In this document: positions 60,178-64,000 of the stretch, piece after piece
Numbering within the stretch: the first letter of the stretch is position 1
Layout of the letters: every line of letters starts with the position of its first letter
Assembly: GCF_006345805.1 (NCBI RefSeq)
Contig: NC_042997.1
Coordinates: 45,880,001-45,944,000 of the forward strand
Source of the DNA: Octopus sinensis
Lineage: Eukaryota
Reading direction: 5' to 3'
Length of the DNA: 64,000 nt
Translations under genes and position numbers: made by a program
Notes under the pieces: generated by a model
What the model was told of the DNA's origin: nothing
What the model saw: only the letters and a program-made list of their open reading frames with translations
Database searches by the model: none

Positions 60178-63042
60178 AGCGGTTCAAATTCTCCAGGCGC
60201 CAACGCCGCTCAACATCTCCCCGGCTGAGCTCTTGGCCTCTTCGTTCCCTCCAACGGCGCGCTGACATTATCATCAAACCGGCTGACAAGGGTGGAGCTG
60301 TAGTGGTGTGGCGCGCGGACCTCTATAGGCCCGAGGCTTTCCGCCAACTCAATGACACCTCCTTATTCCCCTCTGCCCTCTAACCCCACACGTAGCTACC
60401 AACAGACGGTATCCTCTACCGTCCAAGACCTCATCTCGTCCTCCCGTCTCCCCCGCACCGCATCCAACCTAATTGTGGAACCCCACGTACCCCCACCATT
60501 TACTTCCTCCCAAAATCCACAAACCCAAAACCTTGGCCGCCCCATCGTTCCGCCTGTAACTGCCCACGGAGCATCTCTAAATACCTCGACCGTGTCCTTG
60601 CCCCCCTAGTGGCATCTCTTCCCTCCCACATCCACGATATCAACCATGCTCTCGGCTTTTCAACTCTTTCTCCTTTCTCCCGGCTCCTCCAAAATCCTTT
60701 TTACTATGGACATCCGAAGCCTCTATACTGTTATCCCTCACCACGAAGGACTGCAGGCCCTTCGACACTTTCTTGACCTCCGCTCTAACCCTGTACCTGA
60801 CACCTCCACACTCATTCGTCTGGCCGAACTTGTCCTTACTCTGAACTGCTTCTCGTTCACGGGCGAGTTCTACCATCAGGTCTCGGGAGTGGCCATGGGA
60901 ACGCGAATGGGCCCCAACTATGCGAACCTGTTCGTTGGCTATGTTGAGGCCCAAATATTCTCTAATTTCACTGGTCCCACTCCTGAACTATATGGTCGTT
61001 ATATTGACGACATTATCGGTGCCACCTCACTCTCCCGCGAACATCTAGATTCCTTCCTCTCTTTCGTCCAATCTTTCCATCCAGCCCTCCACTTCACTTC
61101 CACTATCTCCACACCTCTGTCTCCTTCCTCGACATTTCGGTTAGCATTCTTCACTCCACTCTTACCACCTCCATTCACTACAAACACACAGACTCACACT
61201 CATACCTCAAACTTCTCTTCCTCCCACCCAGAACACACCAAGTTCCATCCCCTATTCCCAATTCCTCCGTCTACGTAGGCTCTGTAGTGACGACCATGAC
61301 TTTGAGACTCAGTCTCAACGTACGGCTCACCACTTCACCCTACGTGGATACCCCCTCACCACTATCCACACCGCCCTTGCCAGAGCACGGTCCGTGGACC
61401 GTGTATCTGCTCTCTCTCCCAGAACCCGCCTGTAGTCTCCCGCCTCCCTTTTCCCCTCACTTACCCCCCACGACCCTACGTCTCCAACGCACCATTCTTC
61501 GAGCTTTCCGTCATCTCCAGTCCGACACGTCCACTTCACACCTCTTCCCTAACCGACCCCTCCCCTCTTTCAAACGAGCCCACAACCTTCGAGACCTTTT
61601 GGTACATAGCTCCTTCCCTGACCCTACCTCCCAACCCGGCTCGTTCCCCTGCTCCCGCCCACGTTGCCGCACTTGCCCTTACCTCTCCAACACCACCCGC
61701 CTCACTAGCACCCACCATCGACCCTATCCCATCATCCACTCCTTCACCTGCACCTCCAGCAATATATCTATTGCATCTCTTGCTCTCTCTGCAATTCCTT
61801 GTACATCGGACAAACGGGACGCCGCTTGGCTGACCGGTTCGCGGAACACCTTCGTGACATCCACCTTGCGAACGACACACCGGTCTCACGCCATTTCCGC
61901 TCCACCGGTCACTCCTTGCAACACCTATCTGTGTTCGGTTTGTCCTTACACAGAGGCCATCCGGATTCCCGTTTGCGCCGTGAACAGGAATTAATCTTCT
62001 CTCTTCGCTCTTATACGCCATTTGGTCTCAACTCTCCCCCCCTCCTCATCTAACCCCCCTCTCCCACCTCCTCACCTATCCTTTCTCCCCGACCCCTACT
62101 TCTTCAGTCCTTCATCCTTTCACCCCTACTCGCCTTCCCTTCTTCCCTCTTTCTCCCTCCTCTTCCCCTTCCTCTGCTCCCTCACTCCTCTCTCCCCCTC
62201 TCCTCTTCTTTCCTCCTATCCCCCTCCTCCCCTTCCTTCTCCCCCTTCCTCTCCTCTTCCCTCTTCTCCCCCCTCTTCTTCCCTCCCCTTCTCTCCCCCC
62301 TCTTCCCCTCCCCCTCTTCTCCCCCCTCTTCTCACCTCCCCCTCTTCTCCTCACTACACCACATGACTTTACACATCACATCACATATGATGTGCCATAC
62401 TAATACACACACCAACTAATACATACTAATACGTACTAATACATACTAGTACATACTAATACTTACACCAACCCTATACATACACACGTCCAGACCCCGC
62501 ATACGCACTTATACTCTCTCTCACACACACACACATACCTATACATACAATACGTACTAATACATACTAATACATACTAATACATACACCAACCCCATAC
62601 ATACGCATGTCCAGACCAATCTTACGCACTAATACTCTCTCATACACACACACACACACACACACACAACACCCTTATACATACTAATACATACACCAAC
62701 CCTATACATACACACATCCAGACCCCTCCCACGCACTTTTAGCTGGTCCTCAACCCATTTATCAACCCTATTATCTCCCCTTATTTCGCTCTCGCATCTC
62801 ATGTTTGATCTTTGACCTCTGGCCGAAATCAGATCGCCATGTTGATTCGTTAGCTACTGCACGCATTTTTTTCTCTCCTTCTTTCTGTGTTTTTCTCTCT
62901 CTGTGTATCTTTCTGTTGAAGAGCGTAGGCTCGAAACGTTAAAGACTTGTTTTATTTATATTTCCTGAGCGCCATACTAATACAATTGTTCGTTTGTTTT
63001 CCACCTGCCTTCGTCTTTGTTTATTTTCATAAAGCTTCCCGT

Positions 63043-63043
<1 letters not shown>
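60175..63043 (+). mobile_element. Penelope-like (Neptune-like) element: RT, GIY-YIG, long 3' region and terminal repeat, flanked by (TA)n
   Basis: IIKPADKGGAVVVW, FTMDIRSLYTVIPH, QVSGVAMGTRMGPNYANLF, YGRYIDDI, CSRPRCRTCPY, YIGQTGRRLADRFAEH, EQELIFSLRSYTPFGLN; frameshifted. Confidence 0.92.
62908..62945 (+). ncRNA. Minimal type-I hammerhead motif with A6U core variant (family C)
   Basis: TCTTT-CTGTTGA-A-GAGC(GTAG)GCTC-GAAA-C-GTT-AAAGA; perfect 5-bp stem I and 4-bp stem II. Confidence 0.7.

Positions 63044-63118
<75 letters not shown>
63044..63118. repeat. (TA)n microsatellite
   Basis: Direct observation. Confidence 0.95.
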
Positions 63119-63119
<1 letters not shown>

Positions 63120-63590
63120 GGATGTCGCTATTTGAATTAGCTTTTCAAGGGTCATTGTACAGTAATCAATTCTCGTGACAAAGGGGTCTCGTCATGTTGG
63201 ATGTTTGAAAATCGTAATCGCTGTCTTTTTCTATGTATATAACAAAGAAAAAAACCCAACAAAAAGTTGAAAAAAATTACAAATTAAGAAATTGCGATGG
63301 GGATGGGGGAAATTAAAATTTTGAAAACGGGATTTCTGGACAAAATCGTATCAACCCCATTTCATACGATGAAACAATACATAGTTTTTGATCCTTCATA
63401 AGAACAGAAAGCACTTTCATGCAAACCTCTGCAAATTGTACCCTCGCCCTTCACTATTAAGCAAAAAAATAACTTCCATTATTTCATTAACTATATATCA
63501 GCTGCGCCGATTTTGCCCATAAGAAAGGAACAAATAATACAAGGTGCTTGTAGGTCATAACTCCCGAACAACGCCGGGATGCATGGCTAA
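63120..63590 (+). mobile_element. Probable non-autonomous Helitron; 3' end defined, 5' end uncertain
   Basis: CCCG-aacaacgc-CGGG hairpin then ATGCATGG-CTAA|T, nearly the same hairpin as at 54942 and 55584. Confidence 0.55.
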
Positions 63591-63864
63591 TATGTGTATA
63601 AATTACCGAAGTCAATATTGCGAGTAACACCCTTTTTGCAGGAGTAATCCTAGTTTGGTTAATAAGCGTTCGCTTAAGCTTATTGTTTTAATTGCATTTC
63701 TGGAATTTTGATTTCGAATGCGCTAATTATAACGCCTCTATACGGTTTATGTGAACGTATTGGATTTCTATTATCTGATATCCGAGTGGAGTGTATAATT
63801 GCATTTGCATATGAATCTATATATATGAACATTAATATAGGAACCGTACGTGTTTTTGCTCACA

Positions 63865-63960
63865 CACACATAAATACCACGGACTTCCTTCAGCTTTCGT
63901 TTATCAAATACACTTACAAGGCGTTGGTCGTTCCGTGCCAGGCGTTGGATGTGTAGCTTA
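63865..63960 (-). mobile_element. Diverged SINE family 1 CORE fragment
   Basis: CTTCCTTCAGCTTTCGTTTATCAAATACACTTACAAGGCGTTGGTCG resembles the family 1 core. Confidence 0.55.
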
Positions 63961-64000
63961 GGATCAGGCAGAATTCCTCATCACTTATTGCTGTAATGGA

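Noticed and set aside
62022-62366. Pro/Ser-rich and Arg/Gly-rich ORFs
   Set aside because: Translations of a CT-rich low-complexity tract

Overview
Eukaryotic, AT-rich, extremely repeat-dense non-coding DNA (intergenic or a large intron). The SINE families and microsatellite load look like an Octopus (cephalopod) genome; this is inferred from repeat recognition, not proven. There is no intact host gene, rRNA, true tRNA or CRISPR array, and most ORFs in the supplied track are translations of microsatellites or antisense frames of transposons. The window is a mosaic of: three L1/Tx1-clade LINE copies; five R4/Dong-type RLE-LINE copies; several Penelope-like elements (PLEs) and solo PLE termini; three mariner elements plus MITEs; Helitron RepHel remnants and non-autonomous Helitrons; several tRNA-derived SINE families; CR1- and RTE-like scraps; and one 100-N gap. 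Main observations: (1) two tandem Tx1-clade LINEs whose four junctions all lie in same-strand (TATC)n arrays, a target I do not know for this clade. (2) A nest of four divergent Dong/R4 elements, co-oriented in (TAA)n, that share a covarying 3' stem-loop. (3) PLE termini repeatedly abutting (TA)n, so each retroelement class occupies its own microsatellite. (4) At least four sequence families of minimal type-I hammerhead ribozyme motifs, one inside a composite tRNA-head + (AAT)n + hammerhead + 9-bp-repeat-tail SINE-like element. (5) One candidate 33-nt host exon on the minus strand. All coordinates were read by eye; edges of degraded elements are approximate.
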